NCBI GenBank assembly: GCA_951406725.2
Contig: OX597831.1
Coordinates: 57,660,001-57,724,000 of the forward strand
Length of the DNA: 64,000 bases
Direction: 5' to 3'
Origin: Octopus vulgaris
Lineage: Eukaryota
A program made the translations under genes and the position numbers. The first letter of the stretch is position 1, and every line of letters begins with the position of its first letter. The notes beneath the pieces are model-generated. The model saw only the letters and a list, made by a program, of their open reading frames with translations. It made no database searches and was not told where the DNA came from. Shown here in pieces: positions 27,520 through 41,019 of the stretch.

Positions 27520-28410
27520 TATAGTAGTGGGGTGGCTAAGCGGGAAACATCTGGCTGTGAGGAACCACCTCCTCTCCCTTGATTGTCATCAAACGATCGC
27601 ACAAACTCTCTTCCTTTCAGATGCAGAAAATAGACACCAAACAACCAAAACATCATCAGAAACTCTCCTCTCCATGGTGGGTGCAAAACTTCATGGCTAC
27701 CACCATCAACATTGGCACAGTGAAAGGTCGGTGTGGAGAGATTGTAGAGATGCTAGAGTGGATGTGTAAGTAGATGTATGCTGTGTGCAAGAGGTATGAT
27801 GGAAATGGGCATCAAACAATCTCCTCACTTGTAAGGAACAAATTTTTTTCTTGGTAGTTAATAGAACCAAAATTTATTGAATAGACAGAGAAATAGTACA
27901 GTATAGCACTGTGTTTGATAATGTTTACAAGACTGTTGAGGCAAGTGAAATCAAACTTGGTGACTGGCATCCATGCTAGTGAAACGCTAAGAGCACCATA
28001 TGAGTGAGATCGTTGCCAGAGCAACAAGCTGGCCTCCGTGCCAATGGCACGTTAAAATTATTATTCGAGCGTTATTGTTACCTGCGTTGCCTTACTAGCA
28101 CTTGTGCTGGTGGCACTTGATAAAAAACATTCGAGCGAGGTTGTTGCCAGTGCCACTGGACTGGCTCCTGTGCAGGTGGCACATAAAAAGCACCATTTGA
28201 GTGTGGCTGTTGCCAGTACCACCTAACTGGCCCTCATGCTGGTGGCACATAAAAGCACCCACCCACTACACTCTCAGAGTGGTTGGCATTAGGAAGGGCA
28301 TCCAGCTGTAGAAACTCTGCCAGATCAGATTGGAGTCTGGTTCGCCAGACCTCAGTCAAATCGTCCAACCCATGCTAGCATGGAAAGAGGACGTTAAATG
28401 ATGATGATGA
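27520..28410 (+). mobile_element. Internally deleted RTE LINE (APE endonuclease N-terminus joined to 3' UTR)
   Basis: TINIGTVKGRCGEIVEMLE...VDVCCVQEV at about 27700-27800; RTE 3' UTR and (GAT)n at 27930-28410. Confidence 0.7.
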
Positions 28411-29324
28411 CACTTGTGCTGCCTCTAATTCACATTTGAATTTATCCTTATGTATGCATGTTGGAAAGTGGTCTTTTGCCACTGTTGTAGTCTTTTGATG
28501 ATGGTTGTTGCCCTGACAGATATTGTTATATTCTGAAGTCATCAATAGAATGGTTCAATCTGGCACTCTACAACCCCCAGTTATACAGTGGTATTATCCT
28601 CAAAAGATTGGAGTGTTATTATGTCCACTCAGCATCACAGTCATCATCATCATTTGACGTCCGTTTTCCATGCTAGCATGGGTTGGAAGATAATTACTAT
28701 ATCAGTATAGACACGACTATCAACGCAGTCTACCCGTACTCTCAACCATTGACCATCTGACTTATCATAACATGGTCCATCAGACTCTCCTGCTGTCTGG
28801 AAAGTGGAGATGCCTGATGCACAGAAAAAGAATGGATAAGAATAATGTGCTAGTACTACGCTAATAGTATCCATCACACATTGTAAAATAGTTGGTGTTA
28901 GGAAGGGCATCCAGCTGTAGAAAGCAAGCCAAATCAGACCAGAGCCTGGTGCAGCTCTCCTGCTTGCCAGCTCTGGTGGAACTGTCCAACCCATGTCAAC
29001 AGGGAAAATGGGCATTAAAAGATGATGGTGATGATGATGATGAACCAATATAGTTATGGGTACACAAGAAATGTACTGAAATCACAGACAAGCTGATTGA
29101 AAAGAAAGACTTTGTATATAACAGTTGCACAAGAATATTTAGTTGTCGAAATACTTATAGAATATTATCTGATGTTCATAGGGCTTTAGTTGGTAGTTTC
29201 TGTTACTTAGACTTAAGTAGCAGTGGAAGAGGGTATTCTAAAAGTATTAGTAGTCATGGTAAAAACTGGGTTGATAAATTTCAGGGTTCTATTACCTCTG
29301 CTGTTATCAAAATGATTTGCTCTG

Positions 29325-29690
29325 TGAGAAGATTGTATGATGCTTGTGTATTAAGGGTGATGTTGCAGTGTATTGAAACAGATATTGAATGTGTGAAAAC
29401 AGGAAGGAACTGAGGTGATCTTGTTCCATTAGGTGTGTAATGTGCATGGATATTTGAGCACAAATGAGCTGCGAGAAAAACTGAACGTAAGAGTAACCAG
29501 TTGTAGTGTACAAGAGAGAAGACTGAATTTATGAGGACATGTGATGCGTATGAAGGATGACAGATGAGTAAAAGAAGTGCCAATTCGAGTGGAAGGAAAT
29601 CTGCAGAAGAAGAAGACATGAGAAGAAATGGTAAGAGGTTGTTCCCAGGAGGCTGAACCTCATGGAAGGAGATTACAAAGGATTGATAAA
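29325..29690 (+). pseudogene. Highly decayed RTE RT C-terminal remnant
   Basis: RLYDACV... similar to the 56040 copy. Confidence 0.5.
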
Positions 29691-29839
29691 TACCAGTAAA
29701 TTACTGGGGTTGATTTAATGAAACATACTCTTCCGCAATATTTCTGTCTTTGAGCCAATGTAAGAAATTGTTACTATAAAACTGTTAACGAATGTAATAA
29801 GTTAACATTAATAGCTGTAATTTGGGAATTTTCTTATAG

Positions 29840-29969
29840 AATAATCCTGAAACTCCTTGCAAGCAGTTGAAACGGTTCGATACAGCTCGATACAACAATG
29901 GTATGAATGGGTTGGAAGCTCCAAATCTAATTACATCCTCACCAATTCAAAAGAAAATTCACAAAAAAG
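29840..29969 (+). CDS. CTDSPL2: CTDSPL2 coding exon 2 (NNPETPCKQLKRF...NLITSSPIQKKIHKK)
   Basis: ttcttatag acceptor, open frame, AAG|GTATGT donor, phase 0 to 1; NLITSSP resembles the vertebrate NLITSTP motif. Confidence 0.8.
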
Positions 29970-30069
29970 GTATGTTTGTTTTTACTTAAATGTGATTTTT
30001 ATTGATTTTCTTCACTGGACACCAATATAGTAAGTGAACATAGAACCCTCTACTGACAACCAGAAATTC

Positions 30070-30122
<53 letters not shown>

Positions 30123-30283
30123 ATGCCTCTATGGTATATGTTTTTTATGTGTTGTATATATTTCTGACTCTGCTTTGTGTGTGTGTGTGTATATGTATGC
30201 ATGCTTCTATTTATGTGTTCACATGTGGCTGTATGTATCTTAGCTGTACAGCCATGCCTATCCTTACTCTCCAACTATATATG

Positions 30284-30488
30284 CAGGGTGAGCCAAAAGT
30301 CATGCACCAACAAATGACATTTTTTAGATTGCATTATTATTATTTTTTTAATTTGGTTTGTCACGTACAAGTATGTGTGTATTCATCACTATTTTATTCA
30401 TCTTATTCGATTTTAGAAAAATTGAAGCGTGTCTGACAATTCCAGTGTGTGCTGAAATTATTTTATGTGTGACTTTTGACCCACCCTG
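30284..30488. mobile_element. Tc1/mariner-type MITE
   Basis: TIR CAGGGTGAGCCAAAAGTCA / TGACTTTTGACCCACCCTG, TA on the right flank. Confidence 0.75.
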
Positions 30489-32112
30489 TATATATATATT
30501 CCTAATTAGGACATCAAATTATCGTAGTTTTTGTTCATAATACAATTTGAGCTTAGCACTGCAAGCTTAAAAATTATTTAGAAATGTAGCAAAGTACTGC
30601 AAGTCCTTACAGTATTTTGGCATGGTACCAATTTATGAGTAGCTGAACTGAGCTATGGAGATTTTAAATGGCTTTACTTGGGAGCCAAAAACACACCAAT
30701 ATTCATAACTTTTATTGCTTATAGCTATGTGCTATAGTTCCCTTATCATACCAATATATTGGTAGATAGACTGGTATGTGAGATTTTCAACAGAGCAAAG
30801 TAAAATGTTAGTGACCGAGGGGAAACTGGTAACCTTTTGAAAAATAGACCAGCATTTTTATAATTTTGGTTGGCAGCATTCAGGTCAATGGTAAGTTTCA
30901 GTGGCTCATTGTTACCATTTATTTTCCATTTTTTAGCCTTAACATTGATAAACATTATTATTATTATTATTTTTAAGGCAGTGAGCCAATAGAATCGTTA
31001 ACATGTCAGACAAAATACCAAGCAGCATTTCTTACGGCTGTTTATGTTCTCTGCTCAAATTTCACCATGGTTGACTTTGCCTTTCCTTCTTTCATCATTG
31101 ATAAAATAAGTACCAGTCAACTACTGGGGTTGCTGTAATCAACTACCCCCTCTCCCCTTGTGCCAAAGATTGAAACCCTTACCATTTATTATTGTTATTA
31201 TTAAGGTGGTGAGCTAGCAGAATTGTTAGCCAGGCAAAATGCTCAGCGGTATTTTGTCTGTCTTTATGTTCTGAGTTCAAATTCCATTGAAGTGAACTTT
31301 GCCTTTAAATCCTTCGGGGTCGATGAATTAAGTACCAGTGAGACACTGGGGTTAATGTAATCAACTAGTCTCCTCCCCACAAATTTAAAACCTTGTGTCT
31401 ATAGTAGAAAGGATTATTATTGTTACTATTAGAAGAGTGGTGAATGATAAACTCAGTAGAATGCTGTAAAAATGTTTTATGATATTTAGTTACAAAACAT
31501 TATGGTGAATTATTTGCCAACATTAGTGTAGTATATAATGTGCTCTGAGTTCAAATCCTGCCAAAGTTGACTTTGCATTTCATAAAATATAATACAGAGG
31601 AGTGAACTGGCAGAATTTAGTCAGAGATCATGCCTTACAGCATTTGTAAAGTCTCTGGTTTGAGGATTCATAATAACTTGATATCTTAATACACTTGAAT
31701 ACTTGTTGCAGCAGAACGTGTGTGTTGTGGTTTCTTCCTCTTTTTTTTACCTCACCTGTCTTGGAGGATCCTGCAAAAAGGTCATGGGTATTGTCCTTCC
31801 TCCTCTAAGTGTGTGTGTTTGCGTGTGTATACTAATTACAATGTGACACAGGAGGATGACAAAGGAATATATGGTAAGACAGCAAAACACAGACCTTTGA
31901 TGCGGACATGCTCAACCCCTCATCAGTTGTCAACCAAATATCATCACAATTTTGACACCTTATGACAGTGTCATTCAATTTGGCAGTGTCAGCAACATAA
32001 ACGGCTGGTTTATAAATGAGGGGACATAATAGATGAAAAAGGACAGAAAAATAAGACAAGCATAATAACAAGAAAAGATGAGGTCACAGACAGAGCAGTA
32101 AATTATGACAAA

Positions 32113-32483
32113 CTAGCAGTATCGCCCGGCGTTGCTCGGGTTTGTAAGGGAAATAACTATAAAGCATTTTTAGAGAGTTATAGCCAAAAAATGGGAAAAA
32201 AAATGATGGTAAATTTTTTTTAGTTAAAAAGGTCGAGTTGCGTCTCCTAGACAGTCTGTGGTTTGTGTTTCTGATTCTCGACCCCATGTCGAATTTATCG
32301 ATTTTTTTCAGAACTGGGGGAACTTTTCAAAATTTTCGCTGCGTTAGTTTTGAATTATGACATTGGGCTATGTGTGTGTCAAGTTTCATCAGAATCGGTT
32401 GAAAGCCGTGGTCAGGGTGAGGGTACAACCTAACAGACACACAGAAACACACACAGACAAACTGCCGTTTATATATAGAGAGA
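32113..32483 (-). mobile_element. Non-autonomous Helitron
   Basis: Minus strand 5' TC, 3' hairpin CCCGAGCAACGCCGGG then CTAG, inserted between A and T, no TSD. Confidence 0.85.
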
Positions 32484-34277
32484 TGATGAGAAGAACAGGA
32501 AATATATATGTGTGTGTGTATTAGAATCCTAGATGAATGTAGTTTGAAATAGTTTTTAATTTCAAACACTTTAAAACCATTGATTGCCAAAACTTGCTAC
32601 GGAAACCTTTATATGACATTCCAAAAATCATAGAGTTCATAATTAATTTTTAATGAACAGTTCCCATCAAATTATTACACGAGACAAAAATTGTTTTATA
32701 AAGAGACATATGAAAAAAAAAACAAGCAAAATAGCTTATTTTGAAAATGGTGAATACCATTTTTTTTTTTTTCCATAAAATATATTTTATTACAAGTCAC
32801 CTTATTTTGTGAACTTCAGAATCTTTTCATGGATCCTGCTTTGGGAAACATTGTTTTAAAGTATCTAATGTGATCTTTATGCTTCCTAAAATGCTCTTCT
32901 TTTAAAGTAGATCCTGATGAGAACTTAGTGATAATCAGCTAGTAACCATTTTTGTAAATTTGTACCATATGACTTTTATTTGATACTATGTACAGAGAAT
33001 GTTCTGGATTCAAACTATTTTTATTTTTATTTGCTTTATTTTTATTTTATTTTATTTCCTTTTAATTTGTTTTCTCTTACACAATCTTTTGGAGAATATT
33101 TTTTTCAAATATCTTAGTAGATAGAATATTTCTGTGACTGTCTTCTTTTGTTGATCAGCAGAACTGTTAGAGCATCATACAAAATGCTTTATGGTATCAA
33201 GTTATGACTTATTATGGTCTGAGTTTGAATTCTTTCAAAGCCATCTTTGCCTTTCATCATTCGTAGAGTTAATGGCATATGGCACCGATTGACTGGAGTC
33301 AGTATAATTGACTATAATGGACTTATTGACTATACTGACTATAATGGATTAATCAACATTTGCACACCCCTGAAAATTACCATCTTTGTGTCTGAATTAT
33401 TGTTTATATATATAAACAATAACACAGATAGTTTGAGGCTCATTACATGTTCTTTATTGATGAACAAAACAATTACATCATGTTAAAAAGAAAACGTTTT
33501 CTTCAGGTGAATTAAGAGTAAAATTTATAAGTACCTATAAGCATATGGTACATAAGCAAATACTTGAGTGTGAACATGTAGGAAAGAAGAGTAGTCATCA
33601 TTGAAATTATGGCGTTATATTTCATTAGAAGAAAGAGACTTTGTAAGTCTTTACTCTGAATTTGTTGTTTCTGATTCTTGGACAGTATCAGGAAACACTC
33701 ATTATGTACATCTATGTGTATATGTATACATACATCAATACACATACATGCATACAAACACACACACACTATTAGAATAAAACGTTTTTGATATTGGACT
33801 GAACAGTGTACTAATAATAATAATAAAAATGTAATTGATCAGAAGGAATGAAGGAATTATTCCTTAGTTTATTGATATACAAGTTACAGAAAGTCTTCAA
33901 ATTCTCTAAGAAAATTAATTGAAATGGAATGACATCAAATACAGTAAAATATAGTAGATTATTGGAGTTAGGAAGGGCATCCAGCTGTAGAAACCATGCT
34001 AAATCAGACTGGAGTCTGGTGCAGCCTTCCAGCTTGACAACCATGGTCAAACTTTCCAACCCATGCCACCAGCATGGACAATGGACGTTTTATGATGATG
34101 ATGATGATTTATGTTATATTTAAAATTGCTTCAAGCATTCTCAGGTGTTAGATGAGGAATTCTTAAATGTAATAATGTAAAATAGTCTATTTTATTTTAT
34201 TTCATTCCATATGATTTCCCTGGGAAATTTAAAGACTTTCCTTTCTGTTTTATCAATAAAGTAAGGGACAATTTCTT

Positions 34278-34368
<91 letters not shown>

Positions 34369-34441
34369 ATCATGGTAGATGCTGTTTAGAAAGATTGTTA
34401 GTCTCTAATGGGAATTCACTAACTGAGCACTGTTGTTCCAG

Positions 34442-34570
34442 GTAGTAATCCCAGAAAGGGTGTATTGCACGCCGTAAAAGAAAACAGCCAAACTACTATC
34501 AGTCCAGCGAGAACAACTTTCCATGGTACTATGTTTTCTCCAATGTACCAGTTTTACGGCACCAATAATG
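34442..34570 (+). CDS. CTDSPL2: CTDSPL2 coding exon 3 (...SPARTTFHGTMFSPMYQFYGTNNG)
   Basis: CACTAAC branch point, ttccag acceptor, G|GTGAGT donor, phase 1 to 1; matches the CTDSPL2 SPPRTTLLGTIFSPVF-type motif. Confidence 0.88.
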
Positions 34571-34913
34571 GTGAGTCAATACTAAGTCCTCCTCCTCCTC
34601 CTCTTTTACATTGAAAACTTTTTTGTTTTTCTTCTCTCTCTCTCAAACTGTTTGTTTATTTTATATTTTTTTTATTTTTCTGCTTTTTGTTTCTTTATTT
34701 TTATTTTGTATTTTTTAAAATTTTATTTTCATTTTTTTATATATATTTTAAATTAAAATAGAGCAGCCTCTGCTGTGGTTTAATTGAATTTCACATAAAA
34801 CACTTGATAATGTAAAGCAATTCTTATCGTGGTATAAATATGATATCTACACTCCTAAAGCAGTATCTCCTTACTGCGAAGGGAAAAATGTTATTTTGGT
34901 GGTATTTTACTAT

Positions 34914-35146
34914 AAGGTGGCGAGCTGGCAGAAACGTTAGCACACCGGGCGAAATGCTTAGCAGTATTTCGTCTGCCATTACATTCTGAGTTCAAATTCC
35001 GCCAAGGTCGACTTTGCCTTTCATCCTTTCGGGGTCGATAAATTAAGTACCAGTTACGCACTGGGGTCGATGTAATCGACTTAATACCTATGTCTGTCCT
35101 TGTTTGTCCCCTCTGTGTTTAGCCCCTTGTGGGTTATAAAGAAATA
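34914..35146 (+). mobile_element. SINE family B with TSD
   Basis: GGTATTTTACTA at 34901-34912 and 35147-35158. Confidence 0.88.
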
Positions 35147-35453
35147 GGTATTTTACTAGTTTTAGTAATTGGACTGTGACCATGCTGGTGCACTACCTTC
35201 AAGGATTTTATTCAATCTTATTGATACCCCTGCTCTTGTTTCAGTCTGGTACTTATTTTATTGATTTCTTTTTATCAAAGCACTAAGTCATGGGACATAA
35301 TCCAACATTAGTTTATGCTGGTAAATGTAAACACGCACACGTCTGTAATATTATACAGGCACAATATAATAGCCACAGTAGGTCCAGCATTTTGATAGTT
35401 TCAACCTGTTGAAATCCTAGTTCTTCTACAGTTATTATTATATTTAATTTGAC

Positions 35454-35508
<55 letters not shown>

Positions 35509-35759
35509 GACATTGTTGTAGAGCTGGAAACGAGGCAATTTCTACTCCTCCCCTCTGGAAGCCATCTACTCATGATACCAGAGGGTGCACACTCTCCTGC
35601 CCTGATGTAATCTCCAGGGATACAGGCATGCAGCAACAGGACCTCCGTAATGCTATGATGAACCGTGAAGCCTGGCATGGCATAGTAAATTCCATTGTCT
35701 CAACCACGGTCGAACCTTGATGATGATGATGATGATGTGTGTGTGTATGCATATATGTG

Positions 35760-35791
<32 letters not shown>

Positions 35792-36501
35792 CAATAAATT
35801 CCAGGTAGAAAATTTCTTTGCTACCAGTGGTCTAGTGAGAAGAAAAAAACTAGTCAATAGACTATTATTCATATAGAAATACAGTGTACATTTAAACACA
35901 TAAGAGATGGCCATAACAAGACATCTTTTGTGTGTTTAAATGTACACTGTATTTTTATATATATATATAAGACCCCATTCAGTCATGAATAACCATAGGA
36001 TTGCACTTAGAAAGTTACCCTCTGAGGTACAAGTCCAGGCACGGTTGTTTACAGCTTGGCACCAGTGATGTAGCAAATAATTTCTACAGATGAGTGAACT
36101 GGAGCTACATGAAATAAAGTGTCTTGCTTAAGAACACAACACACAGTCCAGTCTGGGAATTGAACTCATTAACTCATGATTATAAGCCCAACATTCTAAC
36201 CACTGAGCTATATATATATGTTGGTGTGTGTGTGTGTATAAATATTATATGTCAAAAATTTAACAAAAGCACAACAAACAAATATTACAAAAATATAACA
36301 AACAAAATTCTTAGCTTATTTCTTATTCTTCATCAATCAGTGACCAAAAGATCATTACAATTTCATACCTTTAACGTTAAAGGCATGAAATTGTAATGAT
36401 CTTTTGGACGTTGGCTGATGAGGAATAAACTATGAATTTTCTGTTTGTTATGTTTTTGAAATATTTCCATTTTTCGTGTTTCTGTTAAATTTTTGATACA
36501 T

Positions 36502-36869
36502 ACGCACAGGAGTGGCTGTGTGGTAAGTAGCTTGCTTACCAACCACATGGTTCCGGGTTCAGTCCCACTGCATGGCACCTTGAGCAAGTGTCTTCTACTA
36601 TAGCTGCGGGCAAACCAAAGCCTTGTGAGTGGATTTGGTAGATGGAAACTGAAAGAAGCCCATCGTATATATATGTATGTATATATATATATATATATAT
36701 GTATATATTTGTATGTATATGTATGTATGTATGTATGGTGTGTTTACGTCCCCGTAACTTATTGGTTTGGCAAAAGAGACCGATAGGATAAGTACTAGGC
36801 TTACAAAGAATAAGTCCTGGGGTCGATTTGCTCTACTAAAGGCAAATGACTGAAACAAGTAAAAGAGTA
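36502..36869 (+). mobile_element. SINE family A
   Basis: Matches the 23229 copy, with internal deletions. Confidence 0.85.
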
Positions 36870-36896
36870 TATATTTATGTAATGCTATGCACTCCT

Positions 36897-36942
<46 letters not shown>

Positions 36943-36959
36943 ATGTTACATTACTCGTG

Positions 36960-37101
36960 TAGTCAAGATAAAACTCTGAGTTTCAGATGCCGAAGTGGAA
37001 ATCCACAACACCATCTCTTCGGTTATCTGGCCAGATAACCGAAGAGATGGTGTTGTGGATTTCCACTTCGGCATCTGAAACTCAGAGTTTTATCTTGACT
37101 A
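36960..37101. repeat. Perfect 142-bp spacerless palindrome (Penelope-like fold-back with hammerhead-like core)
   Basis: 36960-37030 is the exact reverse complement of 37031-37101; outer arms extend to about 36937/37121. Confidence 0.95.
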
Positions 37102-38336
37102 GGATAATGTAACATATTGTATAGATAAATATCCTCTATTTACATAATATTGAGGTCTCTTTCTTTCTTTTGTTATCTTACCGTTTTATCAAATATATAT
37201 ATATATATATATATATGTATACTGAATGTGTGTGTGTTACTAATCTCCTTGCCTTGACATCATGTAATAACTGTAAGTGTGTATTACCACCATCATGTAA
37301 ACAGTGTTCTTCGTTTTCAGTTTTTTTTTGAAAAACATGTCAGGCCATGGAGAAATATTACCTTCCTTCAAAACAGGTGTCTAGAAAATCTGTCTCAACA
37401 AAATCCATCTAACCCGTGCAAGCATGGAAAAGCAGATGTTAAAATGATGGTGATGGTGGCAGCTATTGTTGTTTTCTAGTTACATACTTGTACTTGTGGC
37501 AACATTCACCCTGGGCGGGTTGAGTCGGCTTCTTCTACCACCCTCGAGGATCTCGAACCATGGCAGCCCACGCACGACGGTCCTGCACCAGTTCACTGGA
37601 GATAGCGAGCCAGTCACGGTTCCATAGGGACCGCAGGTGGTCGGCCTGCGCCAATGGAACCGTTCTCTAGTTAGCTGAGTTGTGGACCTATAACTGCCGG
37701 TGTCAGCCCCGTTCACCTTGGGTGGCCCTACCAGGAGCTCAAAGTCCCTGACGGCATACCTCTCACACTCATTTGTTTAACCTCCCTACCACAATGAGGT
37801 CAGGGGTTGGACTTTGAGGAAGGACATCCACCATGCTGCATCTCATGATTTCAGTGTGCTCTGCTTCATCTGGTTAATACTATTTAACCATTAACTTGGA
37901 TCCTGACAGGTTTTTCTACTCCAGATCAGAGTAGACCTAGGAATACTAGTAGCTATATGGTGGTTCCATGCTCCTCAAAACCCTGGAACTCTCGAAACAT
38001 GGCCCCACTACAGGATACAGTTTAAATTCATAAGAACTGAAAGTGATGATTAGTAATGGATCTGACTCTAGTAAACACATATCTCCACATCCAGTTGAAT
38101 TGTTAGCAACAAGCCATAAATGATAATGCTGGTTTCGAATTCTGCCATGAGGCCTGCAATTTCGGAGGAGCAGGTAAGTCGATTACATCGACCTCAGTGC
38201 TCAACTTATTTTATTGACCCCAGAGGGATGAATGGCAAAGTTGACTTTGGCAGCATTTGAACTCAGAACATAAAAACAAGCGAAATACCACTAAGCATTT
38301 TGCCTGGTATGCTAATGATTCTACCAGCTTGCTACC

Positions 38337-38337
<1 letters not shown>

Positions 38338-38371
<34 letters not shown>

Positions 38372-38383
38372 TAATAATAATTA

Positions 38384-38418
<35 letters not shown>

Positions 38419-38493
38419 TAATTAATTAATAATAATAATTAATTAATAATAATAATTAATAATAATTAATAATAATTAATAATAATAATAATA
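38338..38493. repeat. (AAT)n microsatellite
   Basis: Read directly from the sequence. Confidence 0.95.
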
Positions 38494-39034
38494 AAAAGAT
38501 GGGCTACAGCAAATATTCTGCTCAATACCACAGATTTGCTTGTTAGTTGTTTGACTTTAACCAGTTGACCATGTCCCTTAGTGGCTGACGATATGTGCAT
38601 CTCTGATCATGAGCAAAAGTAGTGGGGGAGCATCATAGCTGTGTGTTGAAAGGAATTCTTAGAGGTTTGGATAATTCACCTTTGGAAACATGGCTGGTTT
38701 GTTCAACTTCCTTAAACAATCCTTATTCAGCCGGGCTACTCGACCAGAAGAAAATTCTAACTGGGCCCCACCTGCAAGGTAATGTGCTGTTTATCTTGAT
38801 ATGAGATCACCATGTTGCGCACATATGGTTGTGATGCATGTGCCTGGTGTACCCTTATCAGACAAGTAGTCATGATGGGTATACTGGGCTTCATTTATTT
38901 TACCCTAGTGTCATTTTGATGGCATGCACTGCTCTCCCATTCAATAATAATAATAATAATAATTTACTAATCTAGTCTTTATATTTATTAATCTTATAAA
39001 TCTAATAAAGATTAGTAAATATAAAGACTTACTA

Positions 39035-39405
39035 ATAGAAATTGAAAAAAATGTGGCATCTCAAGGCAACTACAGTACCAGTGATTGTAGGATCTCTAGG
39101 AATGATAAAAAATAGGTACTGAAACCTATTTGAAAATGATTCCAGGTTTACCATCCCTATAAGATGTGCAAAAAATCATATTAACTGGAACAGCTCATGT
39201 ACTGAGAAGAGCATTATCACTGTAAAAACAACATCCATCCATGACTTTATTTATTAATTTTTAAATACATATTTTATCAGTGAATTTGTGCGTGTAATCT
39301 GGGAATGCATACAATGAGCTTCTCTGCCCCAGGTGTATTGAAAACACTTGGCGAGAAACGGAAGAAAATTTGAAGAAAGAAGGAAAAAACATAATAATAA
39401 TAATA
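39035..39405 (+). mobile_element. R4/Dong-like LINE 3' end
   Basis: IEIEKMWHLKATTVPVIVGSLG...QKIILTGTAHVLRRAL (C-terminal restriction-like endonuclease region) with a (TAA)n tail. Confidence 0.75.
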
Positions 39406-40023
39406 ACAATAATCCTTTCTACTATAGGCACAAGGCCTGAAATTTGTGGGGAGGAGGTATATCAATTACATTGATCCCAGTGTGTAACTGGTACTTATTT
39501 TATTGATTCTGAAGGGGTGAAAGGCACAGTTGCCCTCAGCAACATTTGAACTCAGAATGAAAAGACAGAGGAAATACCACTAAGCATTTTTGCCTGGCAT
39601 GCTGACAATTCTCTCAGCTCACCACTTTAAAACCATAATTAATACTTGGGTTCCTAAATTAATAACCGTTGCCAAACATACACTGAATTACACCTGGCAA
39701 GATAACCATACATAATACTGCCGATGTAGTTTGGTGTTTGATAACAGTTATTAATTTATGGACACAAGAAATATTGAAACTTATATAGTAAAGAAATTTG
39801 AGTAAAAATGGAAAAAAGTTTATGAAATGAACTTCTAAACATTGATAAGATAAATATGAAAGTTTAAAAAAATTATTTGGTTTGTTCTTCCTGTTTTGTT
39901 TCTTTCCCATTTCTTTATTAAATTAAGGAACACTTTCCTTCCTAATATGACTAACAAGTAAATTTAACCCTTTATTCTTACTAATTCACATTATTTTGAA
40001 TTAAACATGCATCATCTTGTAGT

Positions 40024-40358
40024 GAAGGCACATGGCTCAGTGGTTAGAGCATCGAGCTTACGATCATGAGGTTGTGAGTTCGAATCCCGGATCGGGTTGC
40101 GTGTTGTGTTCTTGAGTAAGACACTTTATTTCACGTTGCTCCTGTTCACTCAGCTGTAGAAATGAGTTGCGACATCACAGGTACCAGGCTGTATCGGCCG
40201 TTGCCTTTCCCTTGGATAACACTGGTGGCGTGGAGAGGGGAGGCCGGTATGCATGGGCGACTGCTGGTCTTCCATAAACAATCTTGCCTGGACTTGCTCC
40301 TGGAGGGTAACTTTCTAGGTGCAATCCCACGGTCAGTCATGTCCGAAGGGGGGTCTCA
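40024..40358 (+). mobile_element. tRNA-derived SINE family D (copies at 53194-53510, 48935-49135 and others), nested in a piggyBac-like MITE 39964-40744
   Basis: A box TGGCTCAGTGG, B box GTTCGAATCC; ATCTTGTAG TSD. Confidence 0.85.
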
Positions 40359-40477
40359 GTATCTTGTAGCTTTAAGATTTTGATGATGTGATTATTTATT
40401 TTTAGACTGACATTCTAAGGTAGGTATAAGAGGCTGGATCTGGCTGATTTTAACATGAAACAAAATAGCATCAGATA

Positions 40478-40716
40478 AGGTGGCGAGCTGGCAGAAACGT
40501 TAGCACACCGGGTGAAACGTGTAGCCGTATATTTCGTCTGCTGTTACGTTCTGAGTTCAAATTCTGCCATGGTCGACTTTGCCTTTCATCCTTTCGGTGT
40601 TGATAAATTAAGTACCAGTTACACACTGGGGAGGGGGTATAATCGACTTAATCCGTTTGTCTGTCTTTGTTTGTCCTCTCTGTGTTTAGCCCCTTGTGGG
40701 TCGTAAAGAAATAGGT
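40478..40716 (+). mobile_element. SINE family B inside the same MITE
   Basis: Homology to the other B copies. Confidence 0.85.
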
Positions 40717-41019
40717 ATGGATGGTTTAAATGTCAAAGGGTTAACTTCAATCCTTCTGATACCAGAATGCCTGAGACTACCCCTGGCTCTCTGATACAAA
40801 CTTCATATATTAAAGTGATCCAAATTAAAATCTTCCATTAAAATTTCATGTTAATTTATGGTTCAAACACAAATTTAAAAATAACAAAGTTATTTTACTG
40901 AATTCTTCATTATTTTCAAAATTAATTAAGACAAAGGCTGTGTATTTCAGCAATATGATGACAAAAGGGCTCTTTCCTTCTAATATGATGGATGAAATGA
41001 CAAGCAAGTGAATTTAAAT

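Noticed and set aside
40024-40100. tRNA gene
   Set aside because: A/B boxes present but no closing acceptor stem; continues into a multi-copy SINE body
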